64,000 nucleotides of DNA from an uncultured Fretibacterium sp. (GTDB lineage Bacteria; Synergistota; Synergistia; Synergistales; Aminobacteriaceae): the NCBI RefSeq assembly GCF_938030725.1, contig NZ_CALHIQ010000013.1, forward strand, positions 6,461 to 70,460, read 5' to 3'. The notes under the pieces are model-generated. The model did no database searches. It was not told where the DNA came from and worked only from the letters and a program-made list of their open reading frames with translations. Below, piece by piece: positions 48,399 through 58,242 of the stretch (positions are counted from its first letter, which is position 1; each line of letters starts with the position of its first letter). A program made the translations under genes and the position numbers.

Positions 48399-48722
48399 GT
48401 GAACCGATTGGTCTCTGCTAACAAAGGCGAAACAAAGAGAAAGGCTCCACCTCACGCCTTCAAGAAAGGTCAATCGGGGAACCCCAGGGGCCGGCCCAAG
48501 GCGAACCCCGAGGTGAAGGAGATTCTCAAGGCCGCATCGCCGGACGCGGCGCGGAAGCTCGTGGAGCTGGTGGGGAGCCGGACGGAGAAGATCGCGCTGG
48601 CTGCGGCTACGGAGATTCTGGACCGGACGATGGGGCGGCCGGAGACGACCGGGAAAGTGCAGGTGGACATGTTCCTCTCCCCTGCCGCGATTCTGGAGAA
48701 AATAAGGGGGCGGCGGGAATGA
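48399..48722 (+). CDS. DUF5681-domain protein, probable terminase small subunit
   Basis: FKKGQSGNP.GRPK, AA.EILDR..G.P; directly upstream of TerL. Confidence 0.75.
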   Translation: MNRLVSANKGETKRKAPPHAFKKGQSGNPRGRPKANPEVKEILKAASPDAARKLVELVGSRTEKIALAAATEILDRTMGRPETTGKVQVDMFLSPAAILEKIRGRRE

Positions 48723-50101
48723 GCGACCTCGAAAAACTAGCGGACGTCGTGAAGGAGTGGCGCGAGAGTGCCGCTCTTTTTGTGTCCGACCAGTTTGGCG
48801 TCACACCGACCGCGCAGCAGAAGGCGCTTCTGGACGCTGCATCGAAACCGGGCGCGCACGTCGCAGTGAAGTCCGGGCACGGGACGGGGAAGTCCACGAC
48901 CCTTGCCTGGCTGGCGCTCTGGGGGCTCTGCTGTTTCGAGGACGTGAAGGTCCCCTGCACGGCCCCGACCGGACACCAGCTCGAGGACGTGCTCTGGAGC
49001 GAGATCGAGAAGTGGCGGGGCCGGATGCTGGAGCCGTGGCGGTCCGCGATATCCGTCACGTCGGATGCCGTGAAGATCGCCGGGCTGCCGAACTTCGCAG
49101 CGGCACGGACCGGGCGAAAGGAGAACCCGGAGGCACTGCAGGGCTTCCATGCGGACACACTGCTCTTCCTCGTGGACGAGGCGTCCGGCATACCGGACCA
49201 GGTGTTCGAGGTCGCGCGCGGTGCGCTCTCCACGCCGGGAGCCCGCGTCGTGATGGCTGCGAACCCGACCCGGACGACAGGATACTTCTACCAGGCGTTC
49301 CATCGGAACCGCGAGGCGTGGGACCTGCTGACGTTCTCCTGCGCGGATTCTCCGCTCGTCTCGAAGGAGTACGTCGAGGAGATGCGGGAGGAGTACGGTG
49401 AGGAGAGTGACATCTACCGTGTCCGCGTGCTCGGCGAGTTCCCGAAGGGCGGGGACCTCCAGTTCATCCCCTCCGCGCTCGTGGAGCAGGCGCAGGCCCG
49501 GTACTACCGGGAGGACGCATTCTCGTTTGCCCCGGTGGTGCTGGGCGTGGACGTCGCGGCGTTCGGCGGGGACCGGTGCGTGGTGTTCCTCCGGCAGGGG
49601 CTGTACTCGGAGTGCCTCTGGACGGGGCGCGAGGTGGAGACGGCGACGCTCGCGGGCGTCGTGGCGCGCTTCGAGGACGAGCGGAAGGCGGATGCGGTGT
49701 TCGTGGATTCGACCGGCGTCGGGTTCGGCGTGGCGTCGAACCTCCGGCAGATGGGGCGCTCCCCTATCGCCGTGGACTTCGCCAGCGCCCCGACCCATCC
49801 GGCGTACCTGAACAAACGGGCGGAGTGCTGGGGGCTCCTGCGGGACTGGCTGAAGGAGGGCGGCTGGCTGCCGAAGGACGATCGGCTGCGGGACGATCTC
49901 TGCGCGCCGGAGTACGGGTACACGCTCTCCGGGAAAATCCAGCTAGAGCGGAAAGAGAAGATGCGGGCCCGTGGGCTGGCGTCCCCCGACCTGGCTGACG
50001 CGCTGGCGCTGACGTTTGCCGCTCCGGTGGTCAAGCAGGAGTACGTCCCGGACTTTCGGCCGCAGGACCAGCGGGATATCTTTGAGTGGGGAAGGAGGTG
50101 A
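48719..50101 (+). CDS. Terminase large subunit
   Basis: VKSGHGTGKS (Walker A), LVDEASG (Walker B), NPTR, GVDVA.FG.D, SPD.ADAL. Confidence 0.92.
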   Translation: MSDLEKLADVVKEWRESAALFVSDQFGVTPTAQQKALLDAASKPGAHVAVKSGHGTGKSTTLAWLALWGLCCFEDVKVPCTAPTGHQLEDVLWSEIEKWRGRMLEPWRSAISVTSDAVKIAGLPNFAAARTGRKENPEALQGFHADTLLFLVDEASGIPDQVFEVARGALSTPGARVVMAANPTRTTGYFYQAFHRNREAWDLLTFSCADSPLVSKEYVEEMREEYGEESDIYRVRVLGEFPKGGDLQFIPSALVEQAQARYYREDAFSFAPVVLGVDVAAFGGDRCVVFLRQGLYSECLWTGREVETATLAGVVARFEDERKADAVFVDSTGVGFGVASNLRQMGRSPIAVDFASAPTHPAYLNKRAECWGLLRDWLKEGGWLPKDDRLRDDLCAPEYGYTLSGKIQLERKEKMRARGLASPDLADALALTFAAPVVKQEYVPDFRPQDQRDIFEWGRR

Positions 50102-50107
50102 GGCCGC

Positions 50108-50296
50108 ATGTGTTTCCCGAAGGCACCGAAGGTGGAGACGCCGCCGCCTGCGCCGACGATCGACCAGGCGAAGACGGACGACGCGGTGACGGCCCGGCAG
50201 GATGAGCGCAAGCGTCTGCGCGGGGCCATGAACTCCCGCACGACGATCTTGAGCGGGCGCGACGATCAGGGGCGCAAGACGCTCCTGGGAATGTAG
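50108..50296 (+). CDS. Small virion-associated protein preceding the portal
   Basis: MC..K.PK..PPP...KTLLG pattern common before podoviral portals; RBS. Confidence 0.6.
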   Translation: MCFPKAPKVETPPPAPTIDQAKTDDAVTARQDERKRLRGAMNSRTTILSGRDDQGRKTLLGM

Positions 50297-51985
50297 GTGG
50301 GGACGATGGAAGTGAGGGAGCTTCAGAAGCGCGTCGAGGAGTTGGAGGAGGCGCGCAATCGCATCAGACCGCAGTGGGAGGAGATAGCCCGATACGTCAC
50401 GCCGGGACGCGGCGTCTTCGACGACGCCGAACCCAATCAGGGAGACCGGAAGGACCGGGACCTCCTGGACGCGACGCCGTTTCAGGCGCTCACGACCCTC
50501 GCGGCGGGGATGCAGGGCGGACTGACCTCCCCGTCCCGCCCGTGGTTCAAGCTCGGCGTGACGGACCCTGAGCTGGGGGATTACGAGCCGGTGCGGGTCT
50601 GGCTGGACGAAGTGGAGCGGCGGATGCTCCACGTCCTGGGGCGATCGAACCTCTACAACTGCCTGCACACGCTGTATGCGGAGGTCGGAGCGTTCGGGAC
50701 CGGGGCCGTCTATATCGAGGAGGATCCGACAGAGGCCCTGCGGGGCACGGCACTCACCGCCGGGGAGTACGCTGTGGCGTTCGATTCGCGCGGGATGCCC
50801 TCGGAGTTCTGCCGGACGTTCTGGATGACCGCACCGCAGATGGCGGAGGCGTTCGAGTACGATGTGCTGTCCGACGCGGCACGCAGCGCCATGGACAACG
50901 GCAGGCGCGGGCAGTGGTTTCGGGTGCATCACCTCATCTTCCCGAACGACGAGTTCTCTCCGCTGGGGAAGGAGGACCGCCCGGCAAGGACCATGCCGTG
51001 GGCGTCGGTCTACTGGGAGCACGGCAAGGAGAAGCCGCTTCGGGTGTCCGGGTACGAGGAGTTCCCCGTCCTGGTCCCGCGGTGGGACGTGGTTGGCGCG
51101 GACTACTACGGGCGCGGGCCGGGCTGGGCGGCGCTTGGGGAATCGAAGATGCTGCAGGAGCTTCGGTACGACTACCTGGGCGCGCAGAAGCTGGCGATCC
51201 GGCCGCCCCTGATGGGGCACACCACTCTCAAGAAGGCGCGCCCCGACCTGACGCCGGGGTCGCTGACGTACTACGAGGGCGACGTCGGGGTTCGGCCCAT
51301 CTACCAGGTGCAGCCGGACATTCCTGGCCAGCTGCAGGCCATCGCGGAGAGCCGGCAGATGATTCAGCGCTTCTTCTACGCCGACCTGTTCCTCATGCTG
51401 GCGTCGAACGACACGCGGGGTATGACGGCCCGCGAGGTCGTGGAGCGACACGAGGAGAAGATGCTCATGCTGGGCCCCGTGCTGGAGCGCCTGGAGAACG
51501 AGCTGCTGGACCCACTCATCGAGCGCGTGTTCGCCATCATGGACCGCATGGGGCTCCTTCCGCAGCCGCCGGAGGACCTGGGCGGGAAGTTGCTTCAGGT
51601 GGAGTACATCTCCGTCCTGGCGCAGGCGCAGCGGATGGTGGGGATTGAGGGCATCGAGCGGCTGGCGGGCTTTGTGGGGGCCTACGCGCCCCTGAAGCCA
51701 GAGGTCCTGGACAAGGTGGACTTCGACGAGGCAATAGAGCAGTACGCCCGGAAGCTGGGCGTCCCGGCCGCGGTGATCGTGTCAGACGAGAACGTGGCGG
51801 CGATTCGAGAGCAACGCGCACAGCAGCAGGCGCAGATGGAACAGATGGCCGCCATGCAACAGGCGGCTCAGACGGCCCAACAGGGGGCCGGGGCGGTACG
51901 CCAGGCAGCTCAGGCCGCCGAGGGCGGCGGGCTGGGAGAGATCGCGGATCTGCTGGGAGGAGGAGAGGGTGAAGGGGTGCTATGA
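50297..51985 (+). CDS. Podoviral portal (head-tail connector)
   Basis: GLTSPSRPWF, PRW.....YG.GPG, MTA.EV.ER.EEK..MLGPVLERL..E.L.P.I. Confidence 0.92.
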   Translation: MGTMEVRELQKRVEELEEARNRIRPQWEEIARYVTPGRGVFDDAEPNQGDRKDRDLLDATPFQALTTLAAGMQGGLTSPSRPWFKLGVTDPELGDYEPVRVWLDEVERRMLHVLGRSNLYNCLHTLYAEVGAFGTGAVYIEEDPTEALRGTALTAGEYAVAFDSRGMPSEFCRTFWMTAPQMAEAFEYDVLSDAARSAMDNGRRGQWFRVHHLIFPNDEFSPLGKEDRPARTMPWASVYWEHGKEKPLRVSGYEEFPVLVPRWDVVGADYYGRGPGWAALGESKMLQELRYDYLGAQKLAIRPPLMGHTTLKKARPDLTPGSLTYYEGDVGVRPIYQVQPDIPGQLQAIAESRQMIQRFFYADLFLMLASNDTRGMTAREVVERHEEKMLMLGPVLERLENELLDPLIERVFAIMDRMGLLPQPPEDLGGKLLQVEYISVLAQAQRMVGIEGIERLAGFVGAYAPLKPEVLDKVDFDEAIEQYARKLGVPAAVIVSDENVAAIREQRAQQQAQMEQMAAMQQAAQTAQQGAGAVRQAAQAAEGGGLGEIADLLGGGEGEGVL

Positions 51986-52254
51986 CACGCGAGGAACTGC
52001 GAAAACAGGACGTGCAGGATTTGCGGGCGCTTCTCCATACACGGGAGGGCGCTCGTTTTCTATCCCGACTGTTCGACTTGACGAGAGTCTTTGAGATCAG
52101 CTACGTCGCGGGCGACGCGGGGGCTACGGCCTTCCATGAGGGGGCCCGAAACGTCGGGCTGCCCGTTTACGCGGACGTGCTGGAGGCGGACGAGGACGCC
52201 CTGGCGCTGCTTGGGGCGGCGCGCAGGGAGAGGGAGATCATAGAGGAGGCATAA
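51982..52254 (+). CDS. Bbp19-like phage protein
   Basis: G.RFL..L, TAF.EG.RNVGL; located after the portal. Confidence 0.7.
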   Translation: MTREELRKQDVQDLRALLHTREGARFLSRLFDLTRVFEISYVAGDAGATAFHEGARNVGLPVYADVLEADEDALALLGAARREREIIEEA

Positions 52255-52257
52255 GCG

Positions 52258-52917
52258 ATGGCGGAGAACGATACGGGCGCAGGGGCGCCGCAGTCCCTGC
52301 TGGGTGGAGCGGAGCCACAGGGCACGGAGACACAGAGCGGGAGCCTGCTGGGCGGACCGATGCCTGCGGAGCCGCAGGGCGGACAGAGTACTCAGACCCC
52401 GGAGCCGCAGGGCGCGGAGCCTGCAAAGAACCTGGACGCGGCGACGCAGTATGAGAAGTTCACCATCCCGGAGGGGTTCGACTACGACGACGGCAAGGTG
52501 AGCGAGTTCACGACCCTGGCGCGGGAGCTGAACCTCAGCCAGGAGCAGGCACAGAAGCTCGTCGACCTGCACGTGCGGCACTGGCTGGGCTTCGAGGAAC
52601 AGACGAAGGCGCAGGCGCGGGAGTGGAGCCGGCAGTCCATGGAGGACCCGGAGTTTGGCGGGCAGAAGTTCACCCAGAGCCTGCGGGATGCGCATCGGTT
52701 CATCAACGTCTTCGGTGGCGAGAAGCTCAAGGCTGCGCTCGAAGCGACGGGGGCCGGGAACCACCCGGAGATTTTCAAGGCGTTTGCCCGCGCAGGGCGC
52801 ATCCTGGGCGAGGACCGCCTCGTGACCGGTGCGGGCGCTGCCGGAGCGCACGGAGGGACGTTCGCCGACCTGGCGAACACGTTGTACCCGAACATGAAGA
52901 ATGGAGGTAACAGCTAA
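52258..52917 (+). CDS. Capsid scaffolding protein
   Basis: Low-complexity N terminus, ELNLSQEQAQKLVD, G.GNHPE, ED, terminal LYP. Confidence 0.8.
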   Translation: MAENDTGAGAPQSLLGGAEPQGTETQSGSLLGGPMPAEPQGGQSTQTPEPQGAEPAKNLDAATQYEKFTIPEGFDYDDGKVSEFTTLARELNLSQEQAQKLVDLHVRHWLGFEEQTKAQAREWSRQSMEDPEFGGQKFTQSLRDAHRFINVFGGEKLKAALEATGAGNHPEIFKAFARAGRILGEDRLVTGAGAAGAHGGTFADLANTLYPNMKNGGNS

Positions 52918-53918
52918 TGCCGTATGAGCTTGGAAACGTGATGACGCTGGCTGACCTGGCCACGCGCCACGGCGGGCGGGACAACAAGGTCCTGCCCATT
53001 GTGGAGGTCCTGACGAAGATGAGCCCGCTCCTTCAGGACATGAGCTGGCAGGAGGGGAACCTGCCGACGGGGCACGTGTTCCCCGTGCGGGTGGGGCTGC
53101 CCGGCGTCCACTGGCGGCGCATCAACCAGGGCGTGACCCCCACGAAGAGCACCGTCACGCAGGTGACGGAAACCTGCGGGATGCTGGAGGCCGTGTCGGA
53201 GATCGACGAGAAGCTGGTGCAGCTCTCGAACGACCCGGGGCAGTTCCGTCTCACCGAATCCATGGCCTTCATGGAAGCGATGATGCAGGAGTTCGAGTCC
53301 GCGCTCTGGTACGGGAACGGGCAGCTGAAGCCGGAGACGATCACGGGGTTCGCCCCGCGCTTCTCCCTGCTGACCGGGCCCGTGAAGAACCAGATCATCG
53401 ACGCAGGGGGGACGGGGAGCAATCTGGCGTCCATCTGGCTGATCGTCTGGAGCAACCTGACGACCTTCGGCATCTACCCGAAGGGGACCCCGCAGGGGCT
53501 GCAGCACCACCCGTCGGATATCGTCGACCTCGTGGATCCTACCGGAGGCACGTTCCGGGGCTACCGCGACCGGTTCCAGTGGAACGTGGGGCTGTGCCTG
53601 CGCGACCCGCGCTACGTCGTGCGCATCGCGAACATCGACGTGGACAAGCTGCCGACCTACGGGACGGCCGCGAACCAGGCAGCAGACCTCATGAGCCTGA
53701 TGAACATCGCCACGAACCGCATCCACAACATCGGGCTCGGCAAGGCGGTGTGGTACATGAACCGCACGCTGCGGGAGGCCTGGGAGAACCAGATGCTGAA
53801 GAACTACCACATCCAGCACACGAAGGAGAGCGCAACGTCGAAGTGGGAAGAGGCTTACAAGATGATTCCCATCCGTATCTGCGATTCCCTGCTGAACACT
53901 GAGGAGAAGGTGGCGTAG
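52917..53918 (+). CDS. Major capsid protein
   Basis: EGN..TGH...R.GLP...WR..N.GV...KS, CGMLE...EID, D.RY..RI.NID, D.LLNTE; BPP-1-like. Confidence 0.88.
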   Translation: MPYELGNVMTLADLATRHGGRDNKVLPIVEVLTKMSPLLQDMSWQEGNLPTGHVFPVRVGLPGVHWRRINQGVTPTKSTVTQVTETCGMLEAVSEIDEKLVQLSNDPGQFRLTESMAFMEAMMQEFESALWYGNGQLKPETITGFAPRFSLLTGPVKNQIIDAGGTGSNLASIWLIVWSNLTTFGIYPKGTPQGLQHHPSDIVDLVDPTGGTFRGYRDRFQWNVGLCLRDPRYVVRIANIDVDKLPTYGTAANQAADLMSLMNIATNRIHNIGLGKAVWYMNRTLREAWENQMLKNYHIQHTKESATSKWEEAYKMIPIRICDSLLNTEEKVA

Positions 53919-54302
53919 ATGATTCTCGACAACAACCTGACGTTTCTCACCGCGAAGGATGCGGCGGTCACGGAGTCCCCGGCGGTCGCGCTGGGACAGG
54001 GTGACCTGGAGGGCAAGAACAAGGGCCTGACGCCTTACAACAACCTCGTCCTGCACGTGACGGCGGCGGAGACCATCTCCGCCCCCATCACGGTGACGCT
54101 CGAAACGAGCGACAAGAAGGACAGCGGCTTCACGGCGCTGATGGCCTACCCGGCCGTGGCGAGCGCCAAGCCCGGCGATACGCTGGTCAAGGAGAAGCTG
54201 CCCTGGGGCTGCCTCAACTGGCTGCGCATCAAGCTGAGTGTGGCGAAGAAGGTCAACGCGCACCTGGCGTTGGACGTCGATAAGAAGTACCCGATGGTGT
54301 AG
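53919..54302 (+). CDS. Bbp16-like capsid cement/decoration protein
   Basis: MILD..L.F start, beta-rich, follows the capsid gene. Confidence 0.65.
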   Translation: MILDNNLTFLTAKDAAVTESPAVALGQGDLEGKNKGLTPYNNLVLHVTAAETISAPITVTLETSDKKDSGFTALMAYPAVASAKPGDTLVKEKLPWGCLNWLRIKLSVAKKVNAHLALDVDKKYPMV

Positions 54303-54305
54303 GCC

Positions 54306-54572
54306 ATGAGCTGCTATCGATGCACGGTGCGCTGCCAGTGGCGGCGTCAGCTCTGGAAGGTCGGCGAAACGGTGGAGTGCGGCGGGGGCGAAATGCCCCC
54401 GTCCGCGTTCTTCGAGGAGATTGCGTCGGAGGCGCCGGAGGTCGAGCCCCCGCAGGAGGAGCACGCGGACGAGCTCGCGACGAAGCGGCGCGGAGGTCGA
54501 AAGAGGAAGGAGGAGGACGGCGATGACAGACCTGGAGGCGGCGAACAGGGCGCTGATACTGCTGGCAGTTGA
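54306..54572 (+). CDS. Phage hypothetical protein
   Basis: Y.C...C.....W..GE.VE N terminus with charged tail. Confidence 0.5.
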   Translation: MSCYRCTVRCQWRRQLWKVGETVECGGGEMPPSAFFEEIASEAPEVEPPQEEHADELATKRRGGRKRKEEDGDDRPGGGEQGADTAGS

Positions 54573-55071
54573 GCCGGTCGGATCCCTGAGCGAGAACGTC
54601 AAGGCCGCCCGGGTCGTTTCCGCCCTGCTCCCGCACTGTAAGCGGGTCGTCCTGAACGAGTTCCCATGGCCGTTCGCCATGCGAACCGTCCCCCTCGCGC
54701 CGCAGCCGGGGCCAGATGTGGGGGTGTTCCAGTACCCGTCGGGGGCACTGAACGTCCGTCGGGTGATTGACCTCGTGAACACCAGCAAGCCGTTCAGGGT
54801 CGAGGGCTCTCTGATCTACTGCGACGTTCAGTGGGCGAAGGCCGAGTACACGGCGGACGTCCAGGACCTGGGGGCATGGCCCGCGCAGGTCCTGGAGTGC
54901 CTGACGACGCGCCTGGCGTCGGACGCGGCTAACATGCTGACGGGCTCGCCACAGCTAGCCATGAGCCTGCTTGAGAAGTACGCGATGCTGGTGAGGCTGG
55001 CGATGCAGACGGCGGCGGTCGAGGGGTACGATACACCGCTTCGGAACCAGGATTACGTGGACGTGAGGTAA
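54523..55071 (+). CDS. Tail tubular protein A / adaptor (T7 gp11-like)
   Basis: AN.AL..L, VL...PWPFA, F.YP, L..RLA; GGAGG RBS. Confidence 0.75.
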   Translation: MTDLEAANRALILLAVEPVGSLSENVKAARVVSALLPHCKRVVLNEFPWPFAMRTVPLAPQPGPDVGVFQYPSGALNVRRVIDLVNTSKPFRVEGSLIYCDVQWAKAEYTADVQDLGAWPAQVLECLTTRLASDAANMLTGSPQLAMSLLEKYAMLVRLAMQTAAVEGYDTPLRNQDYVDVR

Positions 55072-55074
55072 GCC

Positions 55075-57222
55075 ATGAAGATACCCGACCTGAAGACGTC
55101 CTTCACCGCGGGCGAGCTCTCCCCGCTGCTCCACGCCCGCGTGGACCTGGCGCAGTACGCCAACGGGGCCGCCTACCTGAACAACTTCATCATCCTCCCG
55201 CAGGGCGGCCTCTCCAATCGACCGGGCACGGTGCCAATGGAGGGGAAGACCTACTCCAGCGTGCGGCTGGTCCCGTTCGTGTTCTCCGAGGAGGATTCCT
55301 GCGTGCTGGCGTTCGGGGACGGGTTCGTGGACCGGTACACGTACACGGGATATCGCGAGCGCATCCCGGATTCCCCTTACACGTCCTCGCACCTGGCGCG
55401 CCTGCGGTGGCTCCAGAGCGCCGACGTGCTGTACCTGTTCCACCCCGACGTCCCCATCCACATGCTCAGGCGCGAGATGGAGAACGGGCAGCGCGTCTGG
55501 AAGTTCGTGAAGGTGGAGCTGGACAAGGGGCCCTTCGAGGACGCCAACACCGATGAGGAGAAGAAGTTGTCGTTCATCCAGCGTCCTGATTTCCAATACT
55601 GGCTGAGCGCCAACTTCCCCCTGTTCCTGACCTACGACCTGCTGGAGGCGCTTCTGAAGATCGAGGTGAAGGTCAAAGCGTGGTCGAACACCCTGGAGCT
55701 GAAGCCTGGAGGGAAGGACCCTAGCGGGCTTTTGCTGTATGGGGCTCCCGTAGTTATCAGGAACGTCTTCGGGCCGTTCACGTACCGGACGACAGGGAAG
55801 TGGACGGGGACCGTCAAGGTCGAGCGATGCCTCCCCGACGGCTGGGTCGGCAAGGACGAGGCGGCCTGGGAGTGGGAGGACTTCAAGGAGTACTTCTCCG
55901 ACGGAGGGGCTGAGGAGAACTTCGCCTTCTCCGGCGCCGTCGAGGAGTACGCGACGCACTTCCGGTTTACTTACTCAGGCCCCAAGAATCGCGTCGTCGT
56001 GGCGTTCGACTATGAGGGCGGGCTCATCGAGCGCGTGTTTCGCATCAAGGAGATTCAGAACCAACGGGAGGCCACGGTCGAGGACGTGGAGAAGAAGGGC
56101 GGGTACATCCCCGACACCGACGCCTGGTCCATCGGGGCGTTCGGGCCGCACTACGGCTACCCGTCCATGGGTATCTTCCACCAGGAACGGCTGGTCCTAG
56201 CGGGCACCCGGCACTCGCCCCAGACGATCTGGATGTCACAGCCGGCCTCCTGGCACGACTTCAGCACGTCAATTCCCGCGAAGGACACGGACACCATCAC
56301 GGTTACGCTGGCCTCGAAGGAGGTCAACGAAATCCGGGGGCTGGCGTCGCGGGGCGACCTCCTGATCTTCACGGCAGGGGGCGAGTGGAGCGCCAAGGCC
56401 GGGGCGAAGACGGACGTGTTCACGCCCTCCTCAATCGTCATCACGCCGTCGGGGTATCGGGGGAGTAGTGATCTGGTCCCGCTCGACGTGGGGAACGCGA
56501 CGCTCTTCGTGCAGCGCGACGGCCGGACCGTCCGCTCGCTGGGCTACAGCTTGGAGATGGACAACTACACCAGCTCCGACCTGTCCATCATGGCAGAACA
56601 CCTGTTCCGGGACACCTCCGTCCGGCGCTGGGCGTACCAGCAGGCGCCATGGTCCATCGTCTGGGTCGTCATGGCTGACGGTCGGCTGCTGGCGCTGACG
56701 CTCAACCAGGAGCACCAGGTGGCGGGCTGGGGACGCCATGACCTCGGCGGACAGGTCGTGGACGTCTGCTCCATCCCCGGCGCAGGGGCCGGGCAGGACG
56801 ACGTGTACTTCGCCGTCCGGCGCGGAGGCGGAGTGGTCGTCGAACGGCTGGGGCGGAGGAGCGACAGCTCGTCGGAAAGCCTGTGGAAGGACGCGGGGCA
56901 ATACCCCGTGAGCTCCACCGTCGAGCTGCTGGAGTGGGAACAGCAGGTGGACGGGACGCTCCAGGGGCGGCACAAGGGGATGTCCGTGCTCACACTCCGT
57001 GTGTACACGTCGGGGAAGCTCCGCGCCGGAGTCAGGACCGAGAACAATCAGGCCCTGGACACGGCGCGCTTCCCCCCCGGTGCTGAGCTGGTCTACACCG
57101 GTGATTTGCGCATCGAGCTGCCGGGCGGTATGGGGCGGATGTGCCGGCTCAGGATAGAACACGACGAGCCGAGCCCCATAACCCTCCTGGGCGTGTTCCC
57201 GGAGGTGGACGTCCATGGTTGA
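55075..57222 (+). CDS. Tail tubular protein B / nozzle (T7 gp12-like)
   Basis: SF..GELSP.L..R.DL..Y, PQGG...RPG, QSADV, GYPS...F.QERL, W.RH. Confidence 0.88.
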   Translation: MKIPDLKTSFTAGELSPLLHARVDLAQYANGAAYLNNFIILPQGGLSNRPGTVPMEGKTYSSVRLVPFVFSEEDSCVLAFGDGFVDRYTYTGYRERIPDSPYTSSHLARLRWLQSADVLYLFHPDVPIHMLRREMENGQRVWKFVKVELDKGPFEDANTDEEKKLSFIQRPDFQYWLSANFPLFLTYDLLEALLKIEVKVKAWSNTLELKPGGKDPSGLLLYGAPVVIRNVFGPFTYRTTGKWTGTVKVERCLPDGWVGKDEAAWEWEDFKEYFSDGGAEENFAFSGAVEEYATHFRFTYSGPKNRVVVAFDYEGGLIERVFRIKEIQNQREATVEDVEKKGGYIPDTDAWSIGAFGPHYGYPSMGIFHQERLVLAGTRHSPQTIWMSQPASWHDFSTSIPAKDTDTITVTLASKEVNEIRGLASRGDLLIFTAGGEWSAKAGAKTDVFTPSSIVITPSGYRGSSDLVPLDVGNATLFVQRDGRTVRSLGYSLEMDNYTSSDLSIMAEHLFRDTSVRRWAYQQAPWSIVWVVMADGRLLALTLNQEHQVAGWGRHDLGGQVVDVCSIPGAGAGQDDVYFAVRRGGGVVVERLGRRSDSSSESLWKDAGQYPVSSTVELLEWEQQVDGTLQGRHKGMSVLTLRVYTSGKLRAGVRTENNQALDTARFPPGAELVYTGDLRIELPGGMGRMCRLRIEHDEPSPITLLGVFPEVDVHG

Positions 57223-57673
57223 TACGGATGTTGTCAGAGCGGGGCCAGAGCACTGCCGCCTGCTGGCTGAGGCGCTGGACGAGCCTGCGGCGAACTTCCT
57301 GAGGGTTGGATGGGGCGTGGAGCCCCTGGATGGGCTCTTGAAGGCTTATTGGGCATCTACGTTGTGCTGGTCCGCGTTTCTGGACGGGAAGATCGTGGCC
57401 ATGTTCGGGTGCGCGCCCGGCTTCATGCCGGGCGTGGGCGCCCCCTGGCTGGTGACGGCGCCGGAGATTGCGCGGGTCAAGCTGCGGTTCATCCGGCAGA
57501 GCCGCCCCTACGTCGGGGAGATGCTGGAGCGATACCCCGTCCTGTCCGCCTACGTCTATCGGGGGAACAAGCCGCTGATGGGCTGGATGCGGTGGATGGG
57601 GTTCGAGCTTTCGGACGTCAGTGAGATGTTTGCGAGAGGGGAGTTGAGGGCATGGGACTGCCGATGGCTTTGA
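57215..57673 (+). CDS. GNAT-fold internal virion/assembly protein (T7 gp13-like)
   Basis: AMFG, PWL, N.....W.RW.GF; follows the nozzle gene. Confidence 0.65.
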   Translation: MVDTDVVRAGPEHCRLLAEALDEPAANFLRVGWGVEPLDGLLKAYWASTLCWSAFLDGKIVAMFGCAPGFMPGVGAPWLVTAPEIARVKLRFIRQSRPYVGEMLERYPVLSAYVYRGNKPLMGWMRWMGFELSDVSEMFARGELRAWDCRWL

Positions 57674-58224
57674 CCGTCGTCGGAGGGCTGTTCAGCGCGG
57701 CCAGCTCCGTCATGGCGGGGCAGGCGCAGGCACGGGCCTACGAGGCCGAGGCGAAGATGGCCGAGTACAACGCCAAGATGGCCGAGCGCCAGGGCGTTGA
57801 GGCCCTGAAGGCCGGCGCCCGCGAGGAGGAACGCTTCCGGCAGCAGGCCCGGCAGTTCCAGAGCTCGCAACGCACGGCGATAGCCGCCAGCGGCGCCCAG
57901 GTCTCCGGGTCGGCCCTCTCTGTGCTGGCGGACACCGCGCAGGGTATCGAGCAGGACGCCGACACGCTCCGGTTCAACACGCTCAAGGACAAGTGGGGCT
58001 TCGACGTCCAGCGGACGAATTTTACCAACCAGGCAAACGCCGCCCGGACGAGCGCGAAGAACGCGCGGACCGCCGGCTGGATTGGGGGCGTGACCTCGAT
58101 TCTGGGGACGGGGGCACAGGCCGTCGCCGGCCTCCCCGTCGGGCGACGCACGGGGATGGGCTTCAGGCAAAAGCCGAACTGGTACGCGACGCACAGGCCC
58201 GGCAACGGCGGGTACTCATTCTGA
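57652..58224 (+). CDS. Internal virion (ejection) protein, gp14-like
   Basis: Ala/Gln-rich helical protein, QR...AASG....GS. Confidence 0.7.
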   Translation: MGLPMALTVVGGLFSAASSVMAGQAQARAYEAEAKMAEYNAKMAERQGVEALKAGAREEERFRQQARQFQSSQRTAIAASGAQVSGSALSVLADTAQGIEQDADTLRFNTLKDKWGFDVQRTNFTNQANAARTSAKNARTAGWIGGVTSILGTGAQAVAGLPVGRRTGMGFRQKPNWYATHRPGNGGYSF

Positions 58225-58242
58225 TGGACGCCCCCGCATGAA

